Assembly (NCBI RefSeq): GCF_018977255.1
Contig: NW_024704743.1
Coordinates: 1,054,001 to 1,118,000, forward strand
Direction: 5' to 3'
From: Callorhinchus milii
Taxonomy: Eukaryota
DNA length: 64,000 nucleotides
Both the position numbers and the translations under genes were made by a program. Shown in pieces: positions 1 to 13,661 of this stretch (positions are counted from its first letter, which is position 1; each line of letters begins with the position of its first letter). The notes under the pieces are model-generated. The model saw only the letters and a program-made list of their open reading frames with translations. It was not told the origin of the DNA and did not search any database.

Positions 1-590
1 GGGATGCCATCCTCCAGATTAGATATTAAACCGAGGTCCTGTCTGACTGTCCAGGTGAACGTTAAAGATCCCATGGCACTGTTCAAAAATGAAGCAAAAA
101 TGTCTGGCCAACAATCCACCCCAGTTAAAAAAATTGTTCACTCACTCCATGATTGTTTGTCGGACACTGCTGTGCGCAAATTGGCTGCCATGTTTGTCCA
201 CAAAACGCACAGCCATATCCAGCTTACACTTTATAGTGGATCCTGTGAAGCCTTGTCACGTCTCAACAACATGATAAGGCTCTACATCAAACATGAATTT
301 GCCCTGCATCAAACGCGAAAGCCAATTTGCACACAGCAGTGTCCCACAAACATCCATGACGTGAGTGAGTGACCAATCTTATCTTTTAAATCTGAGGGAT
401 GTGTGTTTGAAAAGGGAATTTCCCTTGGTGTCCTGGCCAATATGTCCTGGCACCAGATTTTAAATGACCAAAAACTAGTGGTAGTTACTGCCACGTGAAG
501 TGAATTCTTTGGTGTCAAATACGGAAGCTATTTGCACCGGTAAAAGTCCCACAAACAGCTATTGCACATTATAGCTGTATAGTTACTGAC

Positions 591-860
591 CTGTGACCTT
601 GATGTGGAATGTCAGTTTCTCTCCAGCTGCCTCACAGACGTATTCACCTCCATCCTTGGACTCCACGCTCTGAACGACAAGTTTTCGAGTTTTGCCCTCG
701 GATTCCATTTTGATTTTCTTACTGATCGTCAGCGCTTTGCCATCTTTGAACCACTTGACCTCAGTTTTGGACTGTGACACTTCACAGCTTACCGTGGCAC
801 TCTCCGACTGGTGAACCTTTACCTCCTTTTGAATTGAAGCGTTATTGGCAAATATTGATT
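591..860 (-). CDS. OBSCN: Obscurin tandem-repeat Ig exon (270 bp); the gene continues beyond the window start
   Basis: ESIFANNASIQKEVKV...WFKDGKAL...DGGEYVCEAAGEKLTFHIKVT; tttcag acceptor, GTCAGT donor. Confidence 0.92.
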
Positions 861-1580
861 CTGAAAAAAATACATACATTTTCCTTTTAGCTGGTACGGA
901 AACACAATCAGAGCATTTAACAGCTCACAAACAGGGTACTTGGCTCATCCCGTCTCCACTGGCGTTGATCTCCACAATGAGACACCCACTTTATTGCACT
1001 TTCCTGCATGCTCCACATACCTACTGACGTGGATTCTAATTCCTTACATCAAAGCAATCTATTCTGCGGGAAAATATATTAACAGATACTCAACTTCAAA
1101 TTTAATATTGACCAAATATTTAGAAGAAGTGTAAAAATTATCCTCGGGCAAACAGATTCATGTGTTTACAGCACAAAAGGCTATTTTGCCCATCAAGCCT
1201 GTACTAATGGGTTCCTTCCGTTGAACCTATCTTTGAACACTTTGGGGAAAAAATGCTGTAGCTCAATCCACGACCGTTTGTGCGGCACTGATGTGTGTTT
1301 CGCCCACAAAATACACAGTCAATGCCTTTTACAATATATTCTGTGAATGACTTTGAGACGTCTCAACTAAGTGATAAGGCGATACATCAAATGCAACGAT
1401 TATTATTATTACTTTGGTTTGACAATGAGAAAAAAGTAATATCACACAATTCTGAACATTAGCAAATTGCAACTTGATAGAAAGACTGAATGTATATAAA
1501 ACACAGATCTTAACCACCTGTAAACATCTTTAAAAGGTAACAGACAAAGAGCGAAAAGTATTGGTGACCCAGTGACTCAC

Positions 1581-1855
1581 CTGCAACCTGGATGTTGAAG
1601 GTCAGTTTCTCTCCCGCTGCTTCACAGATGTATTCACCTTCATCCTTTGACTCCACATTCTGAATCTCAAGCTTTCGTGTTTTGCCGTCAGACTCCAGTT
1701 TAATTTTTTGCCGGGACTCAGAATTTTTCCACCTTTAAACCACTTGACTTCAGTTTTGGATTGCGACACTTCACAGATAAGAGCGGCATTCTCTGATGAA
1801 CGCACCTTCACCACCTTTTTAAGTGAATCTTTATTGGCAAATACTGGTTCGGGCT
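1581..1855 (-). CDS. OBSCN: Obscurin tandem-repeat Ig exon, 275 bp, with a 1-nt frameshift in an A-run
   Basis: EPEPVFANKDSLKK...LSPGKK, then shifts frame to IKLESDGKTRKLEIQNVESKDEGEYICEAAGEKLTFNIQVA. It is one base shorter than its 276-bp siblings; splice sites are intact. Confidence 0.85.
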
Positions 1856-2551
1856 CTGCAAGCAAGAAGAATGAGATAGCTGAATCAACAACAACAACTT
1901 GCACTTATATAGCGCCCTCCACGCAAGGTAGCGTTTCAGAGCGCTTAGCAGAGGCGGAGCCCGACTCTGGGTGAGGTGGCCATAAGCATGCTTGAAGAGG
2001 AAGGTTTTCAGGCGGGATTTAAAAGAGGGGAGAGAGGGGGGGCAAGGCGGAGGGACTGAGGGAGAGCGTTTCAGAGTTTCTGGGCATAGTGGCTGAAAGC
2101 GCGACTTCCAGGGCGGAGGGTGCGAGGGACGAGCAGGAGCCCGGTGCTAGTCGAGCGGAGGCATCAGGTAGTGGATTGGGGAGTGAGGAGGTCAGAGAGG
2201 GAGGGAGGTGACAGAGAATGAAGGGATTCGAACACGAGTGTGAGACGATCTTTAAGTCGATCCGTTCAATGATGAGGAGCCAGTGGAGCATGAGCCAGAA
2301 CTGGTGAGATACGGGTACACGTTCTGACTCCTATTATCCAGCTAGTTTTCATTGGAATTTTACGAAATGTAAATTCCCAAATGGTCTTCATCCCATTCTT
2401 TTGTAAAGCACAAATGGAAACAATAATTAATATCTTTGGGACTTTGCAATCACTGAAAGCGTTAATTTTCTTGCAAAACCTTTTGGAGTTTTTTTTTAAT
2501 GTCAATTTCCCTAAGTTAGATATGGAAGCACTTTTGCCTGGCAGCACTCAC

Positions 2552-2827
2552 CTGTAACAGTAATGTGGAAAGTCAGCTTCTCTCCCGCTGCTTCACAAAC
2601 ATAGTCACCACCATCCTTTGACTCCACGTTCTGAATGACAAGTTTGCGAGTTTTACCATCAGATTCTGGCTTAAATTTCTTGCTGGCACTAAGAACTTTT
2701 CCATCTTTGGACCATTTGACTTCAGTTTTGGATTGCGACACTTCACAGCTAAGAGTGGCGTTCTCTGCCACTTGAACTTTCACCTCCTTCTGAACGGATG
2801 CTTTATTGGCAAAGACTGGTTCTGGCT
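2552..2827 (-). CDS. OBSCN: Obscurin tandem-repeat Ig exon, type B (276 bp)
   Basis: Core nearly identical to 4410-4685; canonical AG/GT. Confidence 0.93.
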
Positions 2828-3410
2828 CTGCAAGAAAGAAGCAGTTTAGTATGTAGCACATGCGTATCAAGAAAGAAAAATAAACAGGGGTTTGCTTTGA
2901 ATCCCCCAATTTTGATTGTGCCAATGATTCTATTCTCGGTGTTGTTTTCTGTCCTGGCCTCGTAACAGCTGGTAACCAAAATTGCAAATAATTGGGTAAA
3001 AATTACAATAGTGAGACACAGATTAGGAACATAGGAACACGAGTAGGCCATTCAGCACCTCGGGCCTGTTCCACCATTCTATAAGATCTTGGCTGATCTG
3101 TACCTCAACTCCAACTTAGCAGGATACAACAAGTACTTATATAGCTCCTTTCACACTAGACAACCTCTTCAAACGGTTTACAAAGACGGAATGGGAGCCT
3201 GAGCTGGGTGGGATGGAGGGAGGAGGACAGTGATGTCCGAAAGTACAATCATAGAGACAGTTTTAGACAGTTTTTAGAAACAGACAGGGAGGGAATCACT
3301 TCGATTTTTTGTTAAAATGATAAATCGACTCATTACTGCGCTCCAATCCAGCATGTTAATGTTAATTTCCCCAAATTAGATTGGAAGCACTTTTGCTTAG
3401 CAGCACTCAC

Positions 3411-3686
3411 CTGTAACTGTAATGTGGAAAGTCAGCTTCTCTCCCACTGCTTCACAAACATAGTCACCTCCATCCTTTGCCTCCACGTTCTGAATGACAA
3501 GTTTGCGAGTTTTACCATCAGATTCAACCTTAATGTTCTTGGTGGGTCTAAATATTTTTCCATCTTTGGACCATTTGACTTCAGTTTTGGATTGTGACAC
3601 TTCACAGCTAAGAGTGGTGTTCTCCGCCACTCGAACTTTCACCTCCTTCTGAACCGACTCCTTTTTGGAAAACACTGGTTCCGGCT
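3411..3686 (-). CDS. OBSCN: Obscurin tandem-repeat Ig exon, type A (276 bp)
   Basis: Near-identical to 5385-5660; canonical AG/GT. Confidence 0.93.
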
Positions 3687-4409
3687 CTGAATAAAAGAAA
3701 GCAGTGTGTAGCACAGAACTGAGCATTTAAAAAAAAATTAATCACTTTATACAATACAGGTTAACATTTGTCTTTCACATTGGGAGGATGTCCCGAGGAG
3801 CTTGACTGTCCTGGCTTAGTAGACAAACTAGGAGAGGATCCGATAGGGGTGGGGAGAGGAAAGATAACCAAAGGGTCAGCCAAAGAGGAAACTCTTGAGA
3901 TGGACCTTAAAAGAGGGAAGCGAGTCAGGGAGACTCCAGGATGGAGTTCCAGAAAGTAGGGGCAGATAAACTCAAAGAAAAACAACCACCTAAGGTGGGG
4001 CAGGTAAAGCGAGGTACGTAAGCACTGGGTGACTGGAGCAACCCCATCAGTATGGTTTGAGGAGGTGGCAGAGGTGTGAGAGGGCAAGACTGTATTCCTT
4101 ATACCTTCAGTTTGTTAGTCAGTTTTCATTTCAACCACCTTGTGTCACACTAATAGCAAAAGCTTCAACTTCTGAGTCTTGTAAATTGAATTCTGTGAAT
4201 AGTGATTATCTCCGTAGAGATAGACTTCCATCCTACTCCTGAATAGATATTTATCCCGTTTGTTGTGAAAGGAATTAACACAATGGAAGATATTCAGGAA
4301 TGTGCAATCACCTGAACAGTTACATTTCCCTTCGAATCTCCAAGGAGATTTTTTTAAAGTTAATTTCCCTAAATTAGATATGGAAGCACTTTTGCTTGGC
4401 AGCACTCAC

Positions 4410-4685
4410 CTGTAACTGTAACGTGGAAAATCAGCTTCTCTCCCGCTGCTTCACAAACATAGTCACCTCCATCCTTTGCCTCCACGTTCTGAATGACAAG
4501 TTTGCGAGTATTACCATCAGATTCTGGCTTAAATTTCTTGCTGGCACTAAGAACTTTTCCATCTTTGGACCATTTGACTTCAGTTTTGGATTGCGACACT
4601 TCACAGCTAAGAGTGGCGTTCTCTGCCACTCGAACTTTCACCTCCTTCTGAACTGATTCCTTTTTGGCAAACACTGGTTCCGGCT
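4410..4685 (-). CDS. OBSCN: Obscurin tandem-repeat Ig exon, type B (276 bp)
   Basis: EPEPVFAKKES...WSKDGKVLSASKKFKPES...DGGDYVCEAAGEK; canonical AG/GT. Confidence 0.93.
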
Positions 4686-5384
4686 CTGAATAAAAGAAAG
4701 CATTAGAATGTAGCACATATACAGGAAAGGTAAATAAACAGGACTTTATGTTAAAATGTCCAGCTAACTTCAGCTAGTTAAGCGCTTAACCTTGATACTT
4801 CAATTCCTCTTTAAAGCTAAGATGGCATCCAAAATTCTAATAGACATCCCTTCCTTGACTACACACTCACTGCTTCTTGTTCCAGCAAGAGGGGATAGCG
4901 CTGTATTGTCAGAGGTGCTGTACTCAAATAACATTTAAGAGTTTGTGTCTGTGTTCCTCAAATGGACATTGATATCATAGGTTTGCTTTATATTGCAGGA
5001 ACTGGCCGACTCCAGTCACACATAAAAAGTGTAAATAGCAGAAGATCCAGAGCAGATCTCAGTGGAATTCCACTACTAACTACATTTCAAAATTTATAAC
5101 TTATCACCTTCTACCTTCATTTTGCTCACAAAATATACAATCGATTCACTTTATATAAGCACCTTACCACCTCATCAAGTGCTTTACAGGATTTTCTGTA
5201 AAGTGGATTAACTGTGTATTTTGTGGGCGAGGTGTAATTGGAGATTTATCAAGTTAATTTGGGAAACAAAAATCAACATAATGATAGGTGTGCAGGACCT
5301 TGCAATCAGTTACTTCTCCTAAGAATCTTCTAGGAGAGATTGCCTTAATTAGATATGGAAGCACTTTTGCCTGGCAGCACTCAC

Positions 5385-5660
5385 CTGTAACTGTAATGTG
5401 GAAAGTCAGCTTCTCTCCCGCTGCTTCACAAACATAGTCACCTCCATCCTTTGCCTCCACGTTCTGAATGACAAGTTTGCGAGTTTTACCATCAGATTCA
5501 ACCTTAATGTTCTTGGTGGGTCTAAATATTTTTCCATCTTTGGACCATTTGACTTCAGTTTTGGATTGTGACACTTCACAGCTAAGAGTGGCGTTCTCCG
5601 CCACTCGAACTTTCACCTCCTTCTGAACCGACTCCTTTTTAGCAAATGTTGGTTCCGGCT
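5385..5660 (-). CDS. OBSCN: Obscurin tandem-repeat Ig exon, type A (276 bp)
   Basis: EPEPTFAKKESVQKEVKVRVAENATLSCEVSQSKTEVKWSKDGKIFRPTKNIKVES...; canonical AG/GT. Confidence 0.93.
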
Positions 5661-6408
5661 CTGAAATGAAGTAATAATGTATTACATCTCCCAGAACATA
5701 TTGTACATGCACATAGTACGATAAAACAATTTCTCATTCATATTCGTGCAGTGGCCCTGCTTAACTACCATGCAGGTTCTATGGAGAAAGAACTGGCCGT
5801 GAGACAAATTGGATAGCTCTTTCAAAGAGACGGCACGGGCACAACGGGCCGAACGGCCTCCTTCTGTGTGTATGATTCCATGATTCTAGTATTAGAACTG
5901 GAATACATTGTCAAATTAATCTAACATGTTGCACGAACAAACAGATGGGTCATGAAGGAAAATAAATGAGGACTGCTCCTGAGTGTTTTGGCTAATATTA
6001 AAATGGGAAAGATAAACTTGGATAAACATTGGACGGAATAAAACTTTGTTATGTTCTGAAAAATCACAAACTAGGGGCCGAAAATAGCGATTCTTTGCTG
6101 TGTCAGCTGGGCTCAGTTGGGCACCTCTGAGTCAAGAAAATTGTGAATTCGGACGCCACGTCAGGTTGATACTCCAGTGCAGGGCTCTGCAGTGTAGGAG
6201 GTCCAGTCTTTCAGATGAGTTGTTAAACTGAGCTCCCATCTAGCTAATCTGATAGGCATTAAAGATCCCGCAACATTATTCAAAAGAGAAAGGAATGTCT
6301 CTCAATGCCCTGCCCGGGTCCTCTCGCTCGCAAGTGCTCTAAACAATACGCTACAGGACTCAGACTCTTAAGTGCACACACATTAAACTTATACACTACA
6401 TGCCTCAC

Positions 6409-6684
6409 CTTTTACATTCACATTAACAGTGATCTCATCCTCTTGGGTTTTGAAAGTGTACTGTCCAGAATCCCCCGATTTGGCATTGTGAAGGACTAGT
6501 CTTCGTGTCGCTCCCTCTGACTCAACACCCACTACTTTGCTCTGCTTCATCTCCTGTCCATGTCTGTACCAATTTCCTTGCACAGTAGAGTGAGACACTT
6601 CACAAACGAGGGTTACCTTCTCACCTACACTTGCCGCATACTCTGTTTGTGTCGTGGACTTCTTTAAGATAGTTGCAGCTGATT
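6409..6684 (-). CDS. OBSCN: Obscurin Ig exon (276 bp)
   Basis: ESAATILKK...VTLVCEVS...WYRHG...DSGQYTF; tttgcag acceptor, GTGAGG donor. Confidence 0.92.
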
Positions 6685-7479
6685 CTGCAAAGGTGGCAAT
6701 AGCAAAAATTAGGATATGACCATTGGACAACATTGTGACCATTAAACACATAATTGCCCAATTGTCACCACAACCATAATAAGTCCCACAAACGGCCAGG
6801 AAGTGAATCGACCAATTTTTTATTTGGCTGAAACAAATATCATAATAATAATCCTTGCATTTGATATAGCGCGTTATTAAGGCTCTCAAAGTACCAGAGA
6901 GATGCATACATGAGGGAGAAGAGGGGTGGGGACTTGTGTTGAGTATAACCGCCTGCATGGACTAGTTGGGTCGAACTCCTGTTCCTTTTGTTATTGTACA
7001 AGGAACAGAACTGGAACAGGAATGTGGGTTACACTAACTCATCGTCTGAAGGTCAGAAGCATTCTTGTGGTGGGAACACTGCTAACACATCAAGCGCAGA
7101 TGTGATTCTGATTTGGGGTGTAATTGAGGGTGTTTTAGCCAACGGCAGAGAGAGGCAAAGCCAACCCAACTACCAGGAGATATGGTAACTGATCACTACT
7201 TATTGCTTGAAAACCTGGTCGCTCCCGTTTTGGTAATGGGTCTTTGCACTTTGTATAATCATCGACTGTGGAACGACAGTAAAGGAAACGATTGTTTAAC
7301 TTCCAAATTGCGAGCACACTATTTCATCATTAATTAAATAAATTCACTAAACCCATTCACTAAACATTGAGTAGCGCAAAAATTTCCATTCAAGATTAAT
7401 TTGTGCTGAGATCCTCTTTAATTTTTGGATCAATTGAAGACCTCAAATTAGGCATGACCGTGTTTTCTCTGGTAATAAT

Positions 7480-7820
7480 AATAATAATCTTCGCATTTGA
7501 TACAGAGCTTTATCACGTTGTTGAGCTATCTCAAAGTGCTTCAAAGAATATACCGTAAAATGAATCGATTGTGGGCAAAACACAGCAACCTATTTGCACA
7601 GAGCTGTGTCCCACAGTCACGGATTGAGTGGGCAAATTATCATTAGTGTTTTTTTGGAAGGGATTATTATCCCCAGAGAAACACAACCGGATTCCTACAT
7701 ACTGCTAGGTAAACAGAGGTGTGTGTAGTGAGGAAACCTGCCTATATTTTCATCCCGCCCAGGAATCTAACCCATTTCACTCTCACTTGCGAGGCGAGTT
7801 CTCTAACAAATACACTACAT
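7480..7820 (-). mobile_element. Diverged copy of the same SINE family
   Basis: Tail, body and degenerate head are recognisable by comparison with other copies. Further partial copies lie near 10500-10800, 17030-17250, 18060-18330, 19710-19950, 53860-54090, 56697-57055 and 57200-57485. Confidence 0.75.
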
Positions 7821-10181
7821 GACTCTACCTAGTATTAGTACAAATGACATATGTTAAGAGGACATTTAAAACCCTCTGTAAAATAATACTTTAGAAATGG
7901 TGGCAACAACAGCAGCTGGTTTACTGTCGTGACAGCAGCAAAGTACATGCATCTGGTAAGTGGATAGAAATTGGAGTCAGAGAAGTGTCAGGAGATTGTG
8001 GGGATACAGCCAAGAAATGGTGAGAACAACATCGGGAAATCAAAGAGGGGCCATGTCAGAAGGCCACAAGATTGGAGGAGAAAGACAAAGAGAGAACATT
8101 CAAGAAACAAATCTATTCAATCTTTCCAACCATCTTTGCAGGAGGCCCAGAGATACAAAAAATGTCATTGCAAAGGGAGATGGATGTTTGCAAGGTACAG
8201 GTATCAATGAATACCAAGAAAAAGGCAGTGAAATGAGATTGAAAAGGTAAAGATGTCCAATGAAATCATAACATGGCAGAGCAGGTTCAATAGGCCGAAG
8301 AGTCTATGTGTGTTACTACATAATTTTATAATTTTTATAGTTGCTTTTAAGCATCAGCTTGCTTTTATATAGTGCTTTTCCCACAGTGTGAACATCTTAA
8401 AGCATTTCACGGAATCAGTAGGGAATACCGAATGCAGTGAGACAAGCGAGGAGAATTTAAGGATGTTGACCAAAGGCCAAAAAGTTTTTAAGAGAGGTTT
8501 GAAAGCAAGAGAGGAGGAATTATTGAAGCGTTCCAGAAAGAAAGAACTTGCACGTTAGAGCATCTGATCACATGAAAACATCTAAAAGAAACTTCACAGG
8601 TAATTATTGTCAATGAAATTACTGCTTTATACGTCTGCTCTTGTTTACTATAATTTTTAAAAATATAATAATAATCCTTGCATTTGATATAGCTCCTTAA
8701 TACATCGTCTCAAATCGCTTCACAAAATATATTGTCAAGTGAATTGTCTGCATTTTGTGGGCGATTGTGTGATTTTCTAGCCTGATCTATTGGAATACAA
8801 TATATATATACCGTTGTACCTCTACAACCTGAGTGCAAATCAAGCAGACTTATAGGATAAAAGAATATCTGATGGCTGAAACGTATAACCTTATGTGGAG
8901 TTATTATTTGGAGTCCCAGCCACCAAATTAACATGAACTGATCCGACAGTAGCATTCTGGCTAAGAAAGGCTGCCAGGGAGCTTGGCGTGCAAATTGGCA
9001 CAATAATGAACACAAGGTACAGAGTGTTCTTCTCAGGTTATGGTTAAGGAATGTGGATGGAAAAAGATCAAGGAACCTGAGTTTGCATATAACCTACTCC
9101 TGATGTCGGACTGTTCGATGTTGGCAATAGGTGTCAATAGTAGATGTTCCATTCCCTGCACTGAGAGCCTTCAGCTGGCAGAGCACAAGATTTCACCCCC
9201 TCCCTGCCCACTTTCGAAGCTCAAGACTCTCCTCTTTGACCCTTCGGCAGCGTGAAGTAGTTTGAGACACCCTCCTGACATGAATGGCGCTATAGAAAGG
9301 TAAATTAGATTGTAAATTGCATCCAGAGATTTGATAAAATATAAACCACGGCAGAAAAATGATGATACAAAATGAAACTGCTGCAGTTAAAATTGTCTGT
9401 AAAATGAGGAATTGTGTGTTGCCTTGTTCTTTAATAATGGAGAGACAATTTAAGATAAGTCACTAAAATGACAGACAAAAAAAATGGTTGAGGTACATTG
9501 GCACTCTCTGCAACAAACCATAATTAAAGCTTTGTCCATAAATGAATTTAAAAGGGAATTATATAAATGTTTGAATAAAGAGGGATATTAATGGGTCTGG
9601 GGAGTGAGCAGGAGTGTGGGATTGGATTAGATTCGGTGGTTCATTTCTAGACTTGATTACCCAAATAACCTGGTTCTGTGCAGTAACATTCTACGTTCAT
9701 ACACATAGAGTGTTCGTCTGAGTTATAAGTGCTCTGAGACTCTACCTTATATGAGGGACACAAGTTGCTCTTGTTGATAAGTAAAAATTGACAGTTGGTA
9801 GTTGACCAACATGGTGTGCTTGCAGTAGTCCAGTTCCTGAGCCAGGCCGGTCTGCAGTATCCCAGGGCACTCACTGCTGATGGCAGCACAGCCCGGCCTG
9901 GCTCAGCGGCAGGACCTGGAAGGGCCGACCAGTCACCGGGGGCAGGGAATCCTCCCCCTCGGCTCCTGTTAACGCTGCAGCCAAAGCCCTAACTAACGGG
10001 TAGGGTGGTCCTAGCTGGCCAAGCAGCGGGAAGGCTTGCCAGACAGCAAAATATGAGATGTTAATCTTTCCTTCACACTTTAGTGTAGCAGGAGCTAGAG
10101 ACTCGAGGCTGTAAACTCCGAATTAGGATCTGAGATTTCTTACTTGTTGGACTACCCAGCAGCTACTACAACAATCATTAC

Positions 10182-10457
10182 CTTTGATTTTCACTTGGAA
10201 TGTTAGTCTGTCATCGTTGGCCACACAGGTGTAGTGTCCTTGGTCGCTCTGCTGCATTTTATTGATGACGAGTTTGCGTTGTGTTCCCTGAGAGATGATG
10301 GTTATCCTCTGGTCCTGCTTAACCTCTTTTTGATCCTTTCTCCAAGTGACCACAGCACTCGCTGCCGACACCTCACAAGGCAATTCGAGACTCTCTGAGG
10401 CGGTGGCTACCACTTCCACAGGAGTTTTGGGCTTGTTTACGAATTTGACAGCTGCGT
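10182..10457 (-). CDS. OBSCN: Obscurin Ig exon (276 bp)
   Basis: DAAVKFVNK...LPCEVS...VTWRKDQKE...DQGHYTC; ttttgcag acceptor, GTAATG donor. Confidence 0.93.
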
Positions 10458-12884
10458 CTGCAAAAGTGAAATGCATTTCCATTAACTGTGCAGTTATGAT
10501 AATACTAATAATAATCCTTCATTTGATACAGCCCCTTATCATGTCTCTGAGACGCCTCAAAGCGCTTCACAGGATATACTGTAAAGTGCCGTGACTTATG
10601 TATTTTGTGGACGAAACATGGCAGCCATTTGCGCACAGCAGCGTCCCGCAAACAGTCATGGATTGAGTGACCAAATTGTTTTTAAAAAAGGGATTTTTAT
10701 CCCCGGAAAGTGATCCGCCAGCCAACTAAAAAACAGGTTCCTAGTTACAGCAGGTAAACAGAGGAGCGTGGAGTACGGAAATTACCTAAAGTTTCCCCAT
10801 CCAGGTTTCCTGAAGGAGCCACGGCCCCAAAATCCTCCCGGTAGCTTTAAAACCACTTTCTTAAAATGTACAAAACTTTCAATATTCTGAAATTCAATTT
10901 CAATTGGAAAACTGGTGTTCTGCTGTTCCTAGAAAAAACTGGCTTCCAAGGAATGAATTTTCCAAACTTATGCACAATATTAAACTATCTAAAACCATGA
11001 GAAATTGTAGACCATTGATTATTCTGTCACTTTTATACCGAGGCTGTGTCAGCAATGCCACATTGAGCAGTATGGATCAACTGGTAACAAGAATAACAAC
11101 ACGAATAATAACCCTTGCATTTAATATAGCGCCTTATCACATCTTCGAGACATCGCAGCGCTTCACTGTTTACTGTGTATTTTGTGGGTGAAGCGCCCAC
11201 AAAAAGCACTGACTTCAAACACTTTCAGCTCTCTTTCTGGTCTTTATTGTGTCTGAAACGTGCTGAAACCCATCACCGTGCTTAACAGTACCCAAACCAG
11301 ACTAGAGTTCCAAATATGCAAGCCACAGATGCATGGAAATATCCCCGCCTGGAATGGAATGTGGGCTTTCTTCCGGAGTGACGCATTTTGCTTATCTGGT
11401 TGGTGACAGCTACATTTTGGAAGGTCTCCAGAGTGTACTTTGGGGTATTGCACAAGATAAACCAGCTAAAACTGACCGCAATAGCTAAAAATGCAGCACT
11501 TTCGGACTCAAAAGGGGATGAAGTAATATGTTCCATGCACAAATAGAATTTTTAGGATCAATTTAATTAACACTCTACAAGCCCAGTACAAAGAGATATT
11601 TGTGGAGTATGGTTCCACTGGTGCCAGCTGCCCTCTGATGCCTTTCCCTCACATGAGGTACCTAGACAGTGAGCACTTGTAGGCTGTTTAACCAAGAGGA
11701 ACATCAAGGATGAGAGTGATTTTGTTTTCCCCTGAGAGCCATACCACTGTATATAGTATTTAGGATCCATGCTATTTCCAAAACTATTTACAATGGTGGT
11801 GTCCTACAGCTTTGCCATTCCAACATTAGTTTTATAGTGTAATGCATTTCTTTGTCATCCCAATAATAATGGTGAAGTGGCCTGATAGTATTTATATTAT
11901 TGTTATTATATAGCATTATTAATATAATCCTTACATTTGATTCTGCACCTTTTCACGTCAGGAGGCACTCAAAGCACTTCACACAATATATTGCAAAGTG
12001 ACTCCCTTCCGTTTCAAATGTGCAATGGGATCTTTATCGTTCACCTGAACAGGCGGACGGGAGCTTGGTTTTACGTCTCATCCAAAGGACAGCACCTCCA
12101 GCATCGCAGCACAACCCCAACAATGCACTGGAGTGCCTGCCTCAGCTACATAAGCTCCAAGTCCTAACGGGGGCTTGAACCCACAACAACTTGCACTTAA
12201 ATAGCGCCCTCCATACAGGGTGTCTCAAGAGCAGTTAACCGTGGCAGAGCCACAACCTCCTGACTAGGAGGTGAGAGCGCTACCAACTGATCCAGCCTGT
12301 TAGCTAAAATATCCAGCCGGTTCTTCTTGTGGAATTAGCTGAGCTCTGCTAAAAGTCTGAATACTACTCCAGTAAAACCCGATTCCTGATAGAAAAATTG
12401 GCAATCAGAGAGTAACACAGCACTGCAATTTGTGTACTGGATACTGGTTCTAATTTAGCACAGTGACAAACTTTAGTATGAGACAGTTGTAACAGTAGTC
12501 ACCAAACTAATCCGTAGTAGCATTCACTGTGGATTCCAGCGCCATGACAAACAATATTTAAAATAGCACAACAATTATGATTGACAATTTAAAATATCAT
12601 ACTTGCATTAACACCTGTGCAGCTATTGCCAAGGGATTACAAAGGAACAACAGAAAGATATCGGAGTATACACTGTTGGAGGTGCTGTCCTTTGGATAAG
12701 ATGTAAACTCACCAGGTTGGATAATTATACCCACAGCTAGGTTCAAGTGACTATAAGCAACGACCACCTATTTAGATGAAGACTATCAAGTCCTCTAATC
12801 CGGGATAAGAAAATCAGACGAGACGGCCTCTGAGCTCAGAATTCTATAACCTGTCAATTCAAATAATTGAAAGTACTATAATAA

Positions 12885-13220
12885 TAATCCTTGCATTTGA
12901 TAAAGCGCGTTACCATGTCGTCTCAAAGTGCTTCACAGAACAAAGTGAAATGCCTGAGTGTTTTGTGGGCTAAACGCGGCAGACAATTGCGCACAGCAGT
13001 GACCCACAAACAGCGGTGGATTCAGTGACCACGTTTCTTTTTATTTTTGGAGGGAGGGAAAGAGATCCGTCAACTGGCTAACAATCGGGTTCCTACTTAC
13101 TGCGAGGTAGGCAGAGGCGTGTGGAGTAAGGAAACTTGCCTACAGTTTTACCCCGCCTGGGAAATGAACCCAGGTCCTCTCGTTTGCGAGGCGAGGGCGC
13201 TAACCTTTACCCTACCATAG
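12885..13220 (-). mobile_element. tRNA-headed SINE (same family)
   Basis: taataatccttgcatttgat tail through to a gaacccaggtcctctcg...gctaacc head. Confidence 0.85.
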
Positions 13221-13661
13221 AGCTTACAAACTATAGAGCTTGCAAATTCTCCAGTGTGTTGTTTTTTAATTTCTTCGCTGTCTTGCAGCGAGTGCCTGTT
13301 CAGAGAGCGGCACATGTGATGGGAACACTTGTTGGATTATGTCAGAATGCTTGTCCTATAACTTGACACAGCGCTGTGGCACCCAACAGGTGATCAGAAA
13401 CAAATCATCCCGATTTAGAAACTGTATAAAAGGTTATGCAATGCTGTGCAGAAACGCAATGTACTAAATAAGTAAAAAAAAAGTGTACACTGAAATCCCA
13501 GGCAATGGATGTTGCAGTGCGCAAAAGATAAGCTGAAGATGTGCCAATAACTAGCAGGACATTGCTGCTTAAACAGACATCCATCTACCTGGCTGTCAGA
13601 AGAAGGGATTTTCATCAAATCCCTGGTGTGGTGAACCCTGCAGGAGCAGCACATTACATTG

